From the UHGV virus genome UHGV-0021337: a DNA stretch of 64,000 bases, one strand, 5' to 3'. Both the position numbers and the translations under genes were made by a program. The notes under the pieces are model-generated. The model was not told the origin of the DNA and searched no databases. It saw only the letters and a list, made by a program, of their open reading frames with translations. Position 1 is the stretch's first letter; each line of letters starts with the position of its first letter. The stretch is from a virus. This document shows, one piece after another, positions 48,695-59,484 of the stretch.

Positions 48695-48902
48695 TGGAAC
48701 ACTATATGCTCCTGTCAGATTTAAGCAGATAACATTAGAACGTTTTTACATAACAAAAAACTCTAACATAAGTTTTTATGACACTGGGAAAATGACCCCT
48801 GAAGAAAGAAAACTTGTACTAGGTTGGATTAAAGACCAACTTGATGCTCAACAAAAAGCAATAGAAGAAGCAAAACAAAAGTCTCGTAAGTAGAGGAATT
48901 AG
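48636..48902 (+). other. +1 frame extension of the tail chaperone (putative programmed frameshift product G-T); T-run slip site gaa-ttt-ttt-aga at 48665-48676
   Basis: Frame +1 relative to 47933..48694 is open for 89 codons and overlaps the last 19 codons of the 0 frame. It contains …FYDTGKMTPEERKLVLGWIKDQLDAQQKAIEEAKQKSRK*. The -1 frame closes after 14 codons. Confidence 0.45.
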
Positions 48903-50864
48903 ATGGCAAAAACACTCATTGGGAAAGTTAGTGGATTAGGCTCAACCGACCCCGCTTCTGCAAAACGTGTAGCAGAGCAAGTAAATGCATATAACAAAAA
49001 ACTTCGCTTAGAGACTGAAAAAGCTGTTCAAGCTCTTCGTCAGAAATATGATACTAAATTAGCTAATGCAGATGATAAGACTCGTATAAAACTCGAGAAA
49101 AAACGTGAAAACGAGATAATAAAACGTCGACAAGCTGCAGAAGATGAGCTTGCTGCATATCAACTTCTTCTTTCTTATCAGAATCAAGAAGATGTTAAAA
49201 AGCGTAGAAGAGACATGGATAAAGAGCTAGCGAAGTATCAAGCAGCTGATTTTTCAAAGGGTCTCAGTGCAAATGTTGATGCTCAGCTAAAAAATATCGG
49301 ATATAATGCTGCAGAAGTTGGAAAACAAGCATTTAATGCTATTGCAGGAAGTGTTGAAAAATATTTAGATGTTTATGTTAAATACTATTCTGCAATAAAT
49401 ACACGGCTTCAAAATACCGGACTTACATATAATAAAATAAATGACTTATTCAAAGGTCAGTCTGCAGCTAACCCGTACTTAAAATACGAAAGCTTACTAG
49501 AAAATTTGAACACACTTGTTGAGCTTGGTATTGCAGATAACGTAACACAAAGAGCGTTCTTTGGGTCTATATCAGGCAAAATCGCTACAACGTTCAAAGT
49601 AGCTGAAGCTTCTATGCTCGAAATAATTCGTATACAGCAAAAAGATACAACTGCTGCTCGTTTAGGTATGGAAGCAAATTTAACACGTTTGTTCAATGCT
49701 TACTTTCACGACACTTCATACTTAAATCAAGTATATGACACAGTTCAATCTGCGTTAATTGATACAAGCGCAATGTTTCCTTCAACAGAAGCGTCAGTCG
49801 AGTTTGAATATATAATTCAAAAATGGTTAGGTTCTCTTGGTTCAGTGGGGGTCAAAGAATCTACGCTAACTTCAATTGCACAAGGGATAAATGCACTCGC
49901 AACAGGTGATGTTGATTATTTATCCAGTAACGCTGCAATGCAAAATTTGTTAGTTATGTCTGCTTCCAGAGTTGGAAAGAACTATGGAGAGTTACTTTCA
50001 AAAGGGCTTTCCTCGTCCGATGCTAATTTGTTAATGAAGGGTGTAATTGAGTATATTCAAACAATTCTTCAGTCAAATAACAATGTTGTTAAAAAACAGT
50101 ATGCGTCGTTATTTGGTGTAACAATATCTGACTTAGCAGCATTCTCGAACTTAACAAACGATACAATCAACAATCTATACAACACAGTTCTTTCTTACGA
50201 CGGCACATTAAAAGAAGTTACTGAACAACTTAAGCAAGTAGGTTCTAGAACACACATCTCAGAAATGATTGATAATGTGCTAGAAAATACTTTGATGGGC
50301 ATAGGAACAGGAGTTGCAAACAACTCAATTATGTATGCCACATACAAAGCTGCTGATATGTTAGAGAAGATTACTGGAGGTATTCAACTTCCAACTATTG
50401 GTGCGTTCGGGAACTTCGTCGACTTAAACATGTCACTTGAAGGTATGATAAAAGGCGGAATTCTGGGTATATCAGCCGTAGGAAGTCTTGTTAGTGCTGT
50501 TAGTAACATGATTACTGGAGGATTCCTTGACCCTGAAAAATACAGATTAGAATCATCGGGAGAAGGATTTACAACCTGGAGTAAGCCTGGGGAACTAATT
50601 CAAACAACCTCTGCAACAACTGTTGTGTCGAATGTTAGCGAAACAGGTATGTCTCAAAGTTTAGTTCAACAACAAAAACAAACAGGCGAATCAGTAACAG
50701 GAACGCAACAAGAAACTGATATTGAAAAAGAATACTATCAACCATATAAAACTTCTTTAGAAAGTATAATTGATTTATTGAAAGGAACATTATCCGTCAG
50801 CGTAACAAATGCTGTTCAAATCAGTAACATTTCACAGCCAGGAAGCCCTGGATTAGGACAATAG
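48903..50864 (+). CDS. tail tape measure protein
   Basis: 653 aa. The N-terminus is coiled-coil (…RLETEKAVQALRQKYDTKLANADDKTRIKLEKKRENEIIKRRQAAEDELAAYQ…) and the middle is Gly-rich and hydrophobic (…GGILGISAVGSLVSAVSNMITGG…). It lies downstream of the chaperone pair. Confidence 0.55.
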   Translation: MAKTLIGKVSGLGSTDPASAKRVAEQVNAYNKKLRLETEKAVQALRQKYDTKLANADDKTRIKLEKKRENEIIKRRQAAEDELAAYQLLLSYQNQEDVKKRRRDMDKELAKYQAADFSKGLSANVDAQLKNIGYNAAEVGKQAFNAIAGSVEKYLDVYVKYYSAINTRLQNTGLTYNKINDLFKGQSAANPYLKYESLLENLNTLVELGIADNVTQRAFFGSISGKIATTFKVAEASMLEIIRIQQKDTTAARLGMEANLTRLFNAYFHDTSYLNQVYDTVQSALIDTSAMFPSTEASVEFEYIIQKWLGSLGSVGVKESTLTSIAQGINALATGDVDYLSSNAAMQNLLVMSASRVGKNYGELLSKGLSSSDANLLMKGVIEYIQTILQSNNNVVKKQYASLFGVTISDLAAFSNLTNDTINNLYNTVLSYDGTLKEVTEQLKQVGSRTHISEMIDNVLENTLMGIGTGVANNSIMYATYKAADMLEKITGGIQLPTIGAFGNFVDLNMSLEGMIKGGILGISAVGSLVSAVSNMITGGFLDPEKYRLESSGEGFTTWSKPGELIQTTSATTVVSNVSETGMSQSLVQQQKQTGESVTGTQQETDIEKEYYQPYKTSLESIIDLLKGTLSVSVTNAVQISNISQPGSPGLGQ

Positions 50865-50865
50865 T

Positions 50866-52050
50866 ATGCAAGCTTTTGACACTAATACATTAGAATATCA
50901 ATATATCCAAGCATTGTTGTACGATACATATATACCTACAATACCTGTATTTTCTTCTGCTCCAAATTCGGACACACTTAGAAGTTTGTATAGTAGTAAT
51001 GTTAGGTCAATAATAGTTTCAAATTCAATTTTAAGAATAACTGAAGAAATACCAAACAAACAATACGCTTTAACTACATTGCATCCTTATACATTTGGAA
51101 AATTTTATAAAGGATTTACAACAAACTTTATAAATAAGCAAAATTACTATAACACCGCATTACACGAGGCGTTAGGAAACTATCTTAGATTTTATAACGA
51201 TTACTACAACATTGACTTGTTGCCTCTGTATAATTGTTTCTCAAACAGATATGTTGATAGTTTTTCGTTGCCTATAAGTTATAATGATTCACTCAACACG
51301 TTTGAAGGAGCTGCAGCAAAAGCTGCTACAAGAACACTTGCAGTGCCTGTTAAAAACAATAAAAGTTATCAGATAGCTATTGAAAGTTCTGGCACCGCAC
51401 TAAATGCTCAACTTGCGTATTTCAATGGTTCAAAATTAGTAAGTTGTAACTCTACATCTGTTTTGCCTTCATACGTTATAGCATCGTCCTTCGATAACCC
51501 CGATGTTATAGATGTTAATATTGAAGGACTTGACTATACATTTGAAAAGTACTTATATCTATTCATAGAGATACCTACTGAAAATACCTCTTCTATTGTT
51601 ATTCTAGAACGGTACTCTAAAAATGATTTGTGTTTGAATCCAACATTGCTTAGGACAAACCTCTACTCTCAAAGAGCATTTAGTGATAAACTTATGCAGT
51701 ATTTAACAAGTAATGCTATAACTCCTGTTTTTAATACACAAACAAGTATTGCAGCATTACAGGATATTATGAGTTCTAAACAATTTGGAGAGATATATAA
51801 GGACCCTGAAGGGCATCCCAGAATTTTGTCAAACTTTAATCGAGGAACTTTTAACACCGGTTATGATAGTATGCATTCCTTCATTTACAATACGTTTAGA
51901 ACTGTAAACATTACTTATCCTGGTAGCGTTGATCCTGAACCGATTCGAGATTTCATGGGATATATTGATAGCGATGTTGAGCAGTTAATACTCGACGCAA
52001 AGTCAATGCCACTTTGCAAAAGTAAGATAATTAGCACTACAGGATATTAA
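50866..52050 (+). CDS. tail protein (distal tail / baseplate hub region)
   Basis: Positional call; starts 2 nt after the tape measure stop. Confidence 0.4.
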   Translation: MQAFDTNTLEYQYIQALLYDTYIPTIPVFSSAPNSDTLRSLYSSNVRSIIVSNSILRITEEIPNKQYALTTLHPYTFGKFYKGFTTNFINKQNYYNTALHEALGNYLRFYNDYYNIDLLPLYNCFSNRYVDSFSLPISYNDSLNTFEGAAAKAATRTLAVPVKNNKSYQIAIESSGTALNAQLAYFNGSKLVSCNSTSVLPSYVIASSFDNPDVIDVNIEGLDYTFEKYLYLFIEIPTENTSSIVILERYSKNDLCLNPTLLRTNLYSQRAFSDKLMQYLTSNAITPVFNTQTSIAALQDIMSSKQFGEIYKDPEGHPRILSNFNRGTFNTGYDSMHSFIYNTFRTVNITYPGSVDPEPIRDFMGYIDSDVEQLILDAKSMPLCKSKIISTTGY

Positions 52051-52052
52051 AC

Positions 52053-52649
52053 ATGGCAACTAAACAATTTGATTTAATTCAAAATTACATATACATATAT
52101 CAATTAGATAAGTACTGTATCATTCCTTCTTATCCAGAGCAGTTAACTGACACGCTTGGGTCAACTTTTGCACAAACAAACGCATTAGCAAGAACAGCTC
52201 CTATATATTCGTATTCTTATTCAGGACCTAGAACAGTTCAGATAACTCTCCAGTTGCATAGAGATATGCTAAATGATGTTAACAGAACAAACTTGGATTT
52301 TTCTGACAAAGTAATTGCACTTGATGATGATTATGTTGATACACTTATCAAATATCTTCAAGCAATGGCATTACCTTCTTATAAAGCACAGGAAGTCTCT
52401 TCAAAGACTGTAAATCCTCCACTGGTCGCTATCAGGTTTGGCAATACATTATTTGTAAAGGGAATTGTTAGTGGTGATGTTCAAGTTACGTGGTCAGGGG
52501 GCTTAACACGAAATAATAAGTACCAAGAAGCTAATGTCACATTCAGAGTTTTAGAAACCGACCCTCAAGACGCAGATTCAATTGCAAAGTGGGGTAGTTT
52601 CCGAGGACTTGAAACAGCTTTAACAAAAGGATTGCATAGGAAAGCGTAA
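52053..52649 (+). CDS. tail protein
   Basis: Positional call. Confidence 0.4.
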   Translation: MATKQFDLIQNYIYIYQLDKYCIIPSYPEQLTDTLGSTFAQTNALARTAPIYSYSYSGPRTVQITLQLHRDMLNDVNRTNLDFSDKVIALDDDYVDTLIKYLQAMALPSYKAQEVSSKTVNPPLVAIRFGNTLFVKGIVSGDVQVTWSGGLTRNNKYQEANVTFRVLETDPQDADSIAKWGSFRGLETALTKGLHRKA

Positions 52650-52966
52650 TGGAAACAGCTATTGATAAAACATATAAAAAGTATGATTATGTATCTAGAT
52701 ATGAAGCATTTCCATACTACTACAACAAACTCGACGAAAGGTATTTCTACGGAATTACTTCGTGGTTGGACACAACTGCTGGATATGCTCTTTACACAGT
52801 TCGACCTGGTGATACTTATGACAGTATTGCTCTTGATTATTATGGAAGCCCTACTTTCTACTGGGCGATTTGTGACTTCAATAGAATTCTTGATTCTTTT
52901 TCAATTCCAGAAGTAGGCACAAAATTGAAACTTCCTGCGCTTAACGGACTGTCATTTGAGGAGTAA
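52649..52966 (+). CDS. LysM-domain tail protein (P2 gpX / XkdP-like)
   Basis: LysM signature YTVRPGDTYDSIALDYYGSPTFYWAICDFNRILDSFSIPEVGTKLKLP. TAATG overlap with the upstream gene. Confidence 0.65.
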   Translation: METAIDKTYKKYDYVSRYEAFPYYYNKLDERYFYGITSWLDTTAGYALYTVRPGDTYDSIALDYYGSPTFYWAICDFNRILDSFSIPEVGTKLKLPALNGLSFEE

Positions 52967-52968
52967 TT

Positions 52969-54231
52969 GTGGCTGAATTATTATCTACAACTTCAAGAGT
53001 ACAAGTACCTTACATTGTTGTTACAATAGGGAACTATACATTTGGTTTATATGCTAAAACAAAAACAACAGTAGAAGTCGACAGAAAGTACTATACAGCA
53101 ATTAAAACAACATATCCAAATTATATGAAATCTCTTGTTGTTAAGAAAGTCAACGGTACGCTTAATTCATATACTTTGACTATGGAGTATGGTATAACTC
53201 AAGCTGACGATCCAAATATGTTTGAAAAGGTTTTTGGGTCTGTATCAAAGTCAAGAAAGATCACGTTTACTTATGGAGACTGTGCAACTCCGTCGTATAT
53301 GTACCGAAATGAAGAAGCACTTATAACAAATATAACATCTTCTTTAGACACAGCTAATGCAAAAATTACATACACGATACAAGCCGTCAGCTCGGCATTG
53401 AAAGCATCGGCCGGACTATTTAATTTTCCGTCTTACGCTAGTCGTAAACCTAGTGACGTTATTATCGAATTATTAAAGAATAAACAGTATGGATTGCAAG
53501 AAATATTCTATGGTATGCACGATGTATCAAGAGTGCTAAGTAAAGGCGTTATACTGCGTGATGATAAAGCAGTTTCTATTCCTGCACGTAGCAGTATAAC
53601 ACCTTGGGATTACATAGGATACCTTGTTACATGTATGGTGTGCAACACAGACTCTACAACAGGGATGAAAAATACTCGTTATACTCTTACAGTTCATGAT
53701 GATGTTTCCGAGTTTTTGGACGGACCTTATTTTCAAATAAACAGACTTACAACATCGCTTCAAAAATTGACATCAGTCGATTACTACACAATAAATGTTG
53801 GGTATCCTGATAAAGATTTTGTCTCGAGTTTTTCTGTAACTGACGACCAGTCATACGCACTTCTATATAACTATTCTGGTTCTATACAACAATCAAATTA
53901 TGTGTATAGAATCGGTGATGATGGCAACGCAACTGAAATATTTTCTCCTACATTGACAAATTCAAAATCTCTGTATAAAACAACTGAAGCTGATAGAACT
54001 TGGTGGACAGATTTAACACAGTTTCCAATCAAAGCAACTATGACGATTCGAGGGCTTCTTAGAGCTATACTACTTATGTCTTACATAAAAGTAAATGTAT
54101 ACTATTATGGTAAAAAACACATCTCAAGTGGTGTATATGTAGTTACGCAGCAAGAAGACACTATAAATCAGCAAGGGTATTTTACAACACTTTCGTTACT
54201 AAGAGTTGGAGGAGACACTGATGGTAACTAG
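52969..54231 (+). CDS. tail/baseplate protein (gpD / XkdQ-like by position)
   Basis: GTG start after gaggagtaatt. 420 aa, following the LysM protein as in PBSX/P2 modules. Confidence 0.4.
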   Translation: MAELLSTTSRVQVPYIVVTIGNYTFGLYAKTKTTVEVDRKYYTAIKTTYPNYMKSLVVKKVNGTLNSYTLTMEYGITQADDPNMFEKVFGSVSKSRKITFTYGDCATPSYMYRNEEALITNITSSLDTANAKITYTIQAVSSALKASAGLFNFPSYASRKPSDVIIELLKNKQYGLQEIFYGMHDVSRVLSKGVILRDDKAVSIPARSSITPWDYIGYLVTCMVCNTDSTTGMKNTRYTLTVHDDVSEFLDGPYFQINRLTTSLQKLTSVDYYTINVGYPDKDFVSSFSVTDDQSYALLYNYSGSIQQSNYVYRIGDDGNATEIFSPTLTNSKSLYKTTEADRTWWTDLTQFPIKATMTIRGLLRAILLMSYIKVNVYYYGKKHISSGVYVVTQQEDTINQQGYFTTLSLLRVGGDTDGN

Positions 54232-54634
54232 AGCATTTATTGAAGAAGTCGACTATGCTAACGCTAAACTTCGTGTTCGAATACCAACTTTGAATGGTGT
54301 TGAAGAAAGTACTACATCTACTCCTACTGACCAGTTGGAATGGGCTTCCATCATTCAAATTCCTGGGGTGGACATAACATATGAAGTTGGAGATGTAGTT
54401 GTTGTAAGTTTCGAAGATAATGACTTGAGCTCACCTATTGTTTTAGGTTTTTTGAAGCTTGTTGAGAATAGTACAAAAAATCTACAAAATAGATTATTTC
54501 TAACAGCTGCAAATCTAACTGTTACAAATAACGTTACTTTACCAACAAACATAGTTTTTAATAGCCCCACAACTGGAACACAAGCATTATCTTTTGAAGA
54601 TTTGTGGGATTCTATACATAAGGAGACAAAATGA
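54221..54634 (+). CDS. small baseplate protein (XkdR-like by position)
   Basis: ATG at 54221 follows ggaggagacactg; the track ORF begins at a TTG at 54206. Confidence 0.4.
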   Translation: MVTRAFIEEVDYANAKLRVRIPTLNGVEESTTSTPTDQLEWASIIQIPGVDITYEVGDVVVVSFEDNDLSSPIVLGFLKLVENSTKNLQNRLFLTAANLTVTNNVTLPTNIVFNSPTTGTQALSFEDLWDSIHKETK

Positions 54635-55002
54635 ACGCAGTTCAGTTTCCAAATATGATATCTAATAATCAAACAAACATTGTGTACGATTACAACGCAA
54701 CGTTACAAAATTTAACTGCATTGATATTATCTTCTAAGAAGACGTTGTTCGGTGACCCTTATTTCGGAACAAACATAAAAAAACTTATATATGATAGAAA
54801 TAGTGCTGTGCTAAGAGACATCGTTATTGATGACATTTTCACAGCAATAACAATGTTTATGCCTCAAATAAGAGTTGAACGTAGAAATATAACAGTAGAG
54901 TCGTCAGGCTCTTCTTTGTATATAAATATAAAAGCTCAAAATTTGTTAGATTACAGTTTTGACGATTACACAATAAATATGTTAAACATAGAGGAGTTAT
55001 AA
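54631..55002 (+). CDS. baseplate wedge protein, gp25 / GPW-like
   Basis: 123 aa, ending …IFTAITMFMPQIRVERRNITVE…, consistent with the GPW_gp25 family. It sits immediately before a baseplate-J-like gene. Confidence 0.5.
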   Translation: MNAVQFPNMISNNQTNIVYDYNATLQNLTALILSSKKTLFGDPYFGTNIKKLIYDRNSAVLRDIVIDDIFTAITMFMPQIRVERRNITVESSGSSLYINIKAQNLLDYSFDDYTINMLNIEEL

Positions 55003-58000
55003 TGACCTCGAACGAAAAATCTCTTGCAAACATATCATTTATAAATAAAGATTTTGAGTCTTTATGGACCGAGTTACTTGCATTAGTACCTAAATTAACA
55101 CGTAAGTGGGATCCGAGTCAAGCGAACGAATCAGACCCACTTGCAGTATTACTTAAACTTATTGCAATAGCTCAAGATAAAGCAAACTACAACATCGATA
55201 AAAACATACTTGAGCTATATCCATTGTCTTTGACACAACAATCTTCTGCATTTAATGTGTATGATGCTCTTGGGTACACTGTTGGGTGGTATAGAAGCGG
55301 CTCAGGACAAGTTTTATTGAAATATGTCGGCTCACTTGAAGCACCTCAAGGAGTTACAGTACCAAGATTTAGTCAAGTTAGTAATAACGATAGCTCTTTA
55401 GTTTATACTATAGTTAGTGACGATATTACATTTGCGGATAAGTCAGCTGCAGAAGATAGCAGAATTATTTCTACATTAGTTGACATACTACAAGGACGTT
55501 GTACCGACTTCTTAATAAACGGAGAATCAATCATTACTAGCAATAACCTCGACGCGAATAACCGACTTTATTTCATTGAGCCAAATATTGCTCAAAACGG
55601 CGTGTTTATTAAGTCAGCTGATAATACGACTTCTTGGAAAAAGGATGATGATTGGAAGAAAGTTTCAAACCTGTCTCAAGTTGCAAGTAACACAAAATGC
55701 TATCAATTTGGTGTAGACCCTAGAACTAGTTCTTGCTATATTCAGTTTCCTGATGATATTGGGTCTTTGATTGGCGCTGGGTTGAAGATAAAGTATATTG
55801 TATCTGACGGGGAAAGTGGTAATGCACTTAGCAGAACCATAACACAATTTTACAATAACTTGAAATTATCTTACATAAATAATGAAGGAAATGTTGACCA
55901 AGCAACTGCAAATGATATATTTTCCGTGTCTAATTCAAACGCTATTCTTGATGGTAAAAATCCAGACAACTTAGATACAACATATGATGATTATAAAAGA
56001 ACTACAAATATTGTTAACACACTTGTTACATTACTAGACTACAAGGAATATCTAAGAGACTATATACAGGATAATAGGAATATTGTTTCGAATGTTCAGG
56101 TTGCCGATAGAACTAACGATTTGTATTCTTCATATGCAGTTAAAACACTAGATGAAAATCATCAGTTCTCAACAGAGACACATTCTGCAACAGGTAATGA
56201 ATTATCCGCATACGACCTCAGACTTTATCCACTTGCAAGTTCTTCAGATACTACTACAAAGTTAGGATATGACAATTCTTTCCAGTATCTCGATAACAAC
56301 GAAGAACTGGTTACTGCATTAGATACTGCAAAAACTATAAATCACAACTTTCAAGACCTGGGTTACCCGATAATACTTACTTACGACCTAGCGGGGCAAA
56401 TATATCTCGATTCCAGAGTCACTGCTCAAGAAGCTCGTGAAATACGCGCTAATGTTTTATCTGCACTATATCAATCATTTAGCGCATATAACGTGGATTT
56501 TGGTGCAGAACCGGACTACAAGAAATTAGTTGATACAATTACAAATGCTGACAAGAGAATTCAATATGTAGCTTTACAACCTATTAGTGATTATACACAA
56601 ACATCAAAAGATAACGACCCTATCGAACAAATTGATGTTATTGAAAGGTCTGTATTAGCTGGAAAGACCCCGTGGGCAGTACTTCGCGATAAAGATAATA
56701 CGACAACTATCTCAGACGCTTACAAAGATACAGTCAATATTGCTATGGGACAAGACGCTAAAGCTAACATCGTACTGAATAATAAAGTTGCATCATATCT
56801 ACAAGCAGGTGTTGTGTTAACAGCAGTACAGGGAACAACTACAACATTAGAAGTTGGCCCAAATGAACACATTAGTTTTTTAACACCTCAATATAAAGAG
56901 GACATAACTTACACTAACTACTTATACTACAAAGTGCAGTTAAGTAACGAAATTCCTGCTAACACTCCATATATATTGCAACCAGGAGAGGAAATAACAT
57001 TTTACGAAACAACACAGGATTACGACGCTAACAATATTTATGCTAAAATCTCTGCCGGAACTATTGTCAAATCAAACATATCTCTTGAAACAGATACATC
57101 TAATTATCTTACACTTAATGCAAAGAATACAATTTCTACATTGAGTCCTGTCGAAGCATCTGATTGGGAACCTGGCGACTCTTTCTACTGCAGCTCAGAA
57201 AGTGTGTATAATCGAGTAATGGTTCCTCAAACATATTTTATACTACAATCTGGTGAGTATATTATATATTTGAAAGCATCAGGTGACTTCATAGTTTATG
57301 GCGAAGGAACCGCTGTTGCAACAAGCAATACACTAGACCCTAATGATTTTACTGAGTATCGTTCTGCTTCTAGTACTAACTTAGCATACTATCAAGAATC
57401 AGGTGATATATCCTCCTTGATGTCGTATTTCATACTTATCCAATACGAAAAAGACAAACTAATCTTTGGCGCAAATACAATACTTACATTCGGAGAAGGA
57501 TACAAATTTATTTTTGGAAAGTCAAGTGACGAACCTCTTGATAATTTCTGGGATACGAAATTCACGTCAAAAACGTTACAAACTATGTCGCCAGAATATG
57601 GATTCTATCGTATTACTTCTGCTGACTTACAAGGAACTACATCAAGAAACAATGTCTACTATTCGAAAGATGGTAACAACTGGACTGCTCTTCCAACCGT
57701 TCTTTCATCTCAGACGTCAGGAGCTACGGGATGGAGATTTATTGTGTACTTGTCTCTTGCAGTTTCTCCAAAATCTGAACAAACATTCTATACGTTCTGG
57801 TCTAAAGATTCTACACAAGCGGACGGAACATATAAACAAGACAACACGTATGTTAAACACGTACAGTTACTAGGATACAAAAACCTTGCTAAAACATTAG
57901 TGTCAACATATGATAATACAACAAACATTCCTACTAGCACTTACACATTATCCGCAAGTAAGACCTTACTCAGTAGTGCTACTAGCATACCTGTCGACGA

Positions 58001-58523
58001 AGAAGTTGAATTGTATTCATTTATAATAGCTAATGATAAAGCTTATAACATACGTGACTCTTTTGTGTCAGTAGACGGATTAGGAACATTAAAAACTCCA
58101 AATATACGGAATGTGTACTACATATTGCCTGCAATCAAACGTGGTTCTTCCTCAGTCTCTTACTATTTATATAAACCAGGTAAAACGATAGTTACTACAA
58201 ATATTGATAAAATATCTAGTTTAGTGGCAATATCCACACGCGATGGTAGTAATTTAACTCACTATTACGACGGAGCTGCAAATAAATATCAAACATTAGA
58301 CACACTCTTTTCAACTGCAGGCGCTGATTTTGTTGAGCTCCAGTTAAACGCACGGTATGATGAATTGTTCTCTCCTGCATATATACCGTCCGAAACAGAA
58401 GAGATATTAAACCCTGCTCTTTTTACAACATTTTTCAATAAAAATCACGTGTTCAATAGATATGTAATATCAAAGATAGGAAATACAGATTCCCTTATTA
58501 TAAGTTCCTTGTCAGTACAGTGA
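55002..58523 (+). CDS. large baseplate protein (baseplate J / gp6-like N-terminus with long C-terminal extension, 1173 aa)
   Basis: Its position after the gp25-like gene and the ATGA coupling support the call. The size suggests a fused distal domain. Confidence 0.45.
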   Translation: MTSNEKSLANISFINKDFESLWTELLALVPKLTRKWDPSQANESDPLAVLLKLIAIAQDKANYNIDKNILELYPLSLTQQSSAFNVYDALGYTVGWYRSGSGQVLLKYVGSLEAPQGVTVPRFSQVSNNDSSLVYTIVSDDITFADKSAAEDSRIISTLVDILQGRCTDFLINGESIITSNNLDANNRLYFIEPNIAQNGVFIKSADNTTSWKKDDDWKKVSNLSQVASNTKCYQFGVDPRTSSCYIQFPDDIGSLIGAGLKIKYIVSDGESGNALSRTITQFYNNLKLSYINNEGNVDQATANDIFSVSNSNAILDGKNPDNLDTTYDDYKRTTNIVNTLVTLLDYKEYLRDYIQDNRNIVSNVQVADRTNDLYSSYAVKTLDENHQFSTETHSATGNELSAYDLRLYPLASSSDTTTKLGYDNSFQYLDNNEELVTALDTAKTINHNFQDLGYPIILTYDLAGQIYLDSRVTAQEAREIRANVLSALYQSFSAYNVDFGAEPDYKKLVDTITNADKRIQYVALQPISDYTQTSKDNDPIEQIDVIERSVLAGKTPWAVLRDKDNTTTISDAYKDTVNIAMGQDAKANIVLNNKVASYLQAGVVLTAVQGTTTTLEVGPNEHISFLTPQYKEDITYTNYLYYKVQLSNEIPANTPYILQPGEEITFYETTQDYDANNIYAKISAGTIVKSNISLETDTSNYLTLNAKNTISTLSPVEASDWEPGDSFYCSSESVYNRVMVPQTYFILQSGEYIIYLKASGDFIVYGEGTAVATSNTLDPNDFTEYRSASSTNLAYYQESGDISSLMSYFILIQYEKDKLIFGANTILTFGEGYKFIFGKSSDEPLDNFWDTKFTSKTLQTMSPEYGFYRITSADLQGTTSRNNVYYSKDGNNWTALPTVLSSQTSGATGWRFIVYLSLAVSPKSEQTFYTFWSKDSTQADGTYKQDNTYVKHVQLLGYKNLAKTLVSTYDNTTNIPTSTYTLSASKTLLSSATSIPVDEEVELYSFIIANDKAYNIRDSFVSVDGLGTLKTPNIRNVYYILPAIKRGSSSVSYYLYKPGKTIVTTNIDKISSLVAISTRDGSNLTHYYDGAANKYQTLDTLFSTAGADFVELQLNARYDELFSPAYIPSETEEILNPALFTTFFNKNHVFNRYVISKIGNTDSLIISSLSVQ

Positions 58524-58530
58524 GGTATAT

Positions 58531-59043
58531 ATGTTTACTACAACACAAAATGTTCCTGCAATATATGTAGAAAAGTCTAGAGATTTTCAACTTCTTTGTA
58601 ACATTGTTGACGTTTTTGTTAATTCAGTTACAGGAAACGCTAATAAAATGCAACTACAAAATTCAGCACAATTCTGTGATGAACGTATGTTGCCATTACT
58701 TGCTACATATGTTGGATTCTTCACACAAGAATATCTACCTGCAGCTGTGCAAAGGAACATTATCTCCGTTTTTCCATTTATCATAAAGAATAAAGGAAAT
58801 AAACAAAGTATAGATGTAGCTGCAAAAGCTGCTTTACGAGTTTATCCTCTTATAAATAGTATTACTACTAACATCAAGAACGACACTTACACTGTGTTCA
58901 TACTCTGCAATTGTCAGAACTGGTTTGATATTGATGAACGGTATATTCGAGAAGTTATGAAATACACGTTGCCTACAGGTTATCTGCTTGCACTTATTCA
59001 AAAAGTTGGAGCGGAAGAGCGGGTACGCTACATAACATTGTAA
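58531..59043 (+). CDS. tail protein I-like (P2 gpI / XkdU-like)
   Basis: 170 aa. …RNIISVFPFIIKNKGNKQSIDVAAKAAL… resembles the R..I..a…KGT..al signature of the gpI family. It follows the J-like gene. Confidence 0.4.
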   Translation: MFTTTQNVPAIYVEKSRDFQLLCNIVDVFVNSVTGNANKMQLQNSAQFCDERMLPLLATYVGFFTQEYLPAAVQRNIISVFPFIIKNKGNKQSIDVAAKAALRVYPLINSITTNIKNDTYTVFILCNCQNWFDIDERYIREVMKYTLPTGYLLALIQKVGAEERVRYITL

Positions 59044-59073
59044 ATAAACTCAGAAACATATTGTATAACATGT

Positions 59074-59484
59074 ATGAATCTATTAGATAGCACCGTACAT
59101 AATGACACTGTTGTGTGCAGGTTTATGCGAAATACGTACAAAGAGGATGAATTTTCAAGAGTTGTCAATGACCTGCTACAAGTACCAAGCTTTGTAATCA
59201 AGCTAACATCTTTTGAGATACATTTTAATTATTGTAGCAAATATTTTGTACTACCGTTATCTTTATTTGATAAGTTTAGTTCTGTGTATGTTAGTCAAGC
59301 TTATAGCCGCGATGACATGGCAGCAAACAAGAACGATGTAGAAACACTAGTTATTGCACAAAAACATAAACCTAAATCGTTGCATCTACTAGAAAAAGTT
59401 AACAATAAATGGTGTGTACCATTACATAGTCAAATACGAATTACAAAGTCAAAAGATATCGTATTAGATGACGGCGAATTATAA
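59074..59484 (+). CDS. hypothetical protein
   Basis: ORF followed by a terminator. Confidence 0.4.
   Translation: MNLLDSTVHNDTVVCRFMRNTYKEDEFSRVVNDLLQVPSFVIKLTSFEIHFNYCSKYFVLPLSLFDKFSSVYVSQAYSRDDMAANKNDVETLVIAQKHKPKSLHLLEKVNNKWCVPLHSQIRITKSKDIVLDDGEL

Noticed and set aside
48801-48902. Independent 33-aa ORF (MTPEERKLVLGWIKDQL…) between the chaperone and the tape measure
   Set aside because: The same frame is open back to 48636 and overlaps the chaperone 3' end. Together with the conserved tube-chaperone-tape-measure synteny, a frameshift extension explains it better than a separate micro-gene. It cannot be excluded without proteomics.
57466-57873. Plus-strand ORF 57466..57873 (135 aa) inside the baseplate J-like gene, and 58604..58786 inside the gpI-like gene
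   Set aside because: These are alternative frames of long coding genes with no RBS. They are most likely spurious.
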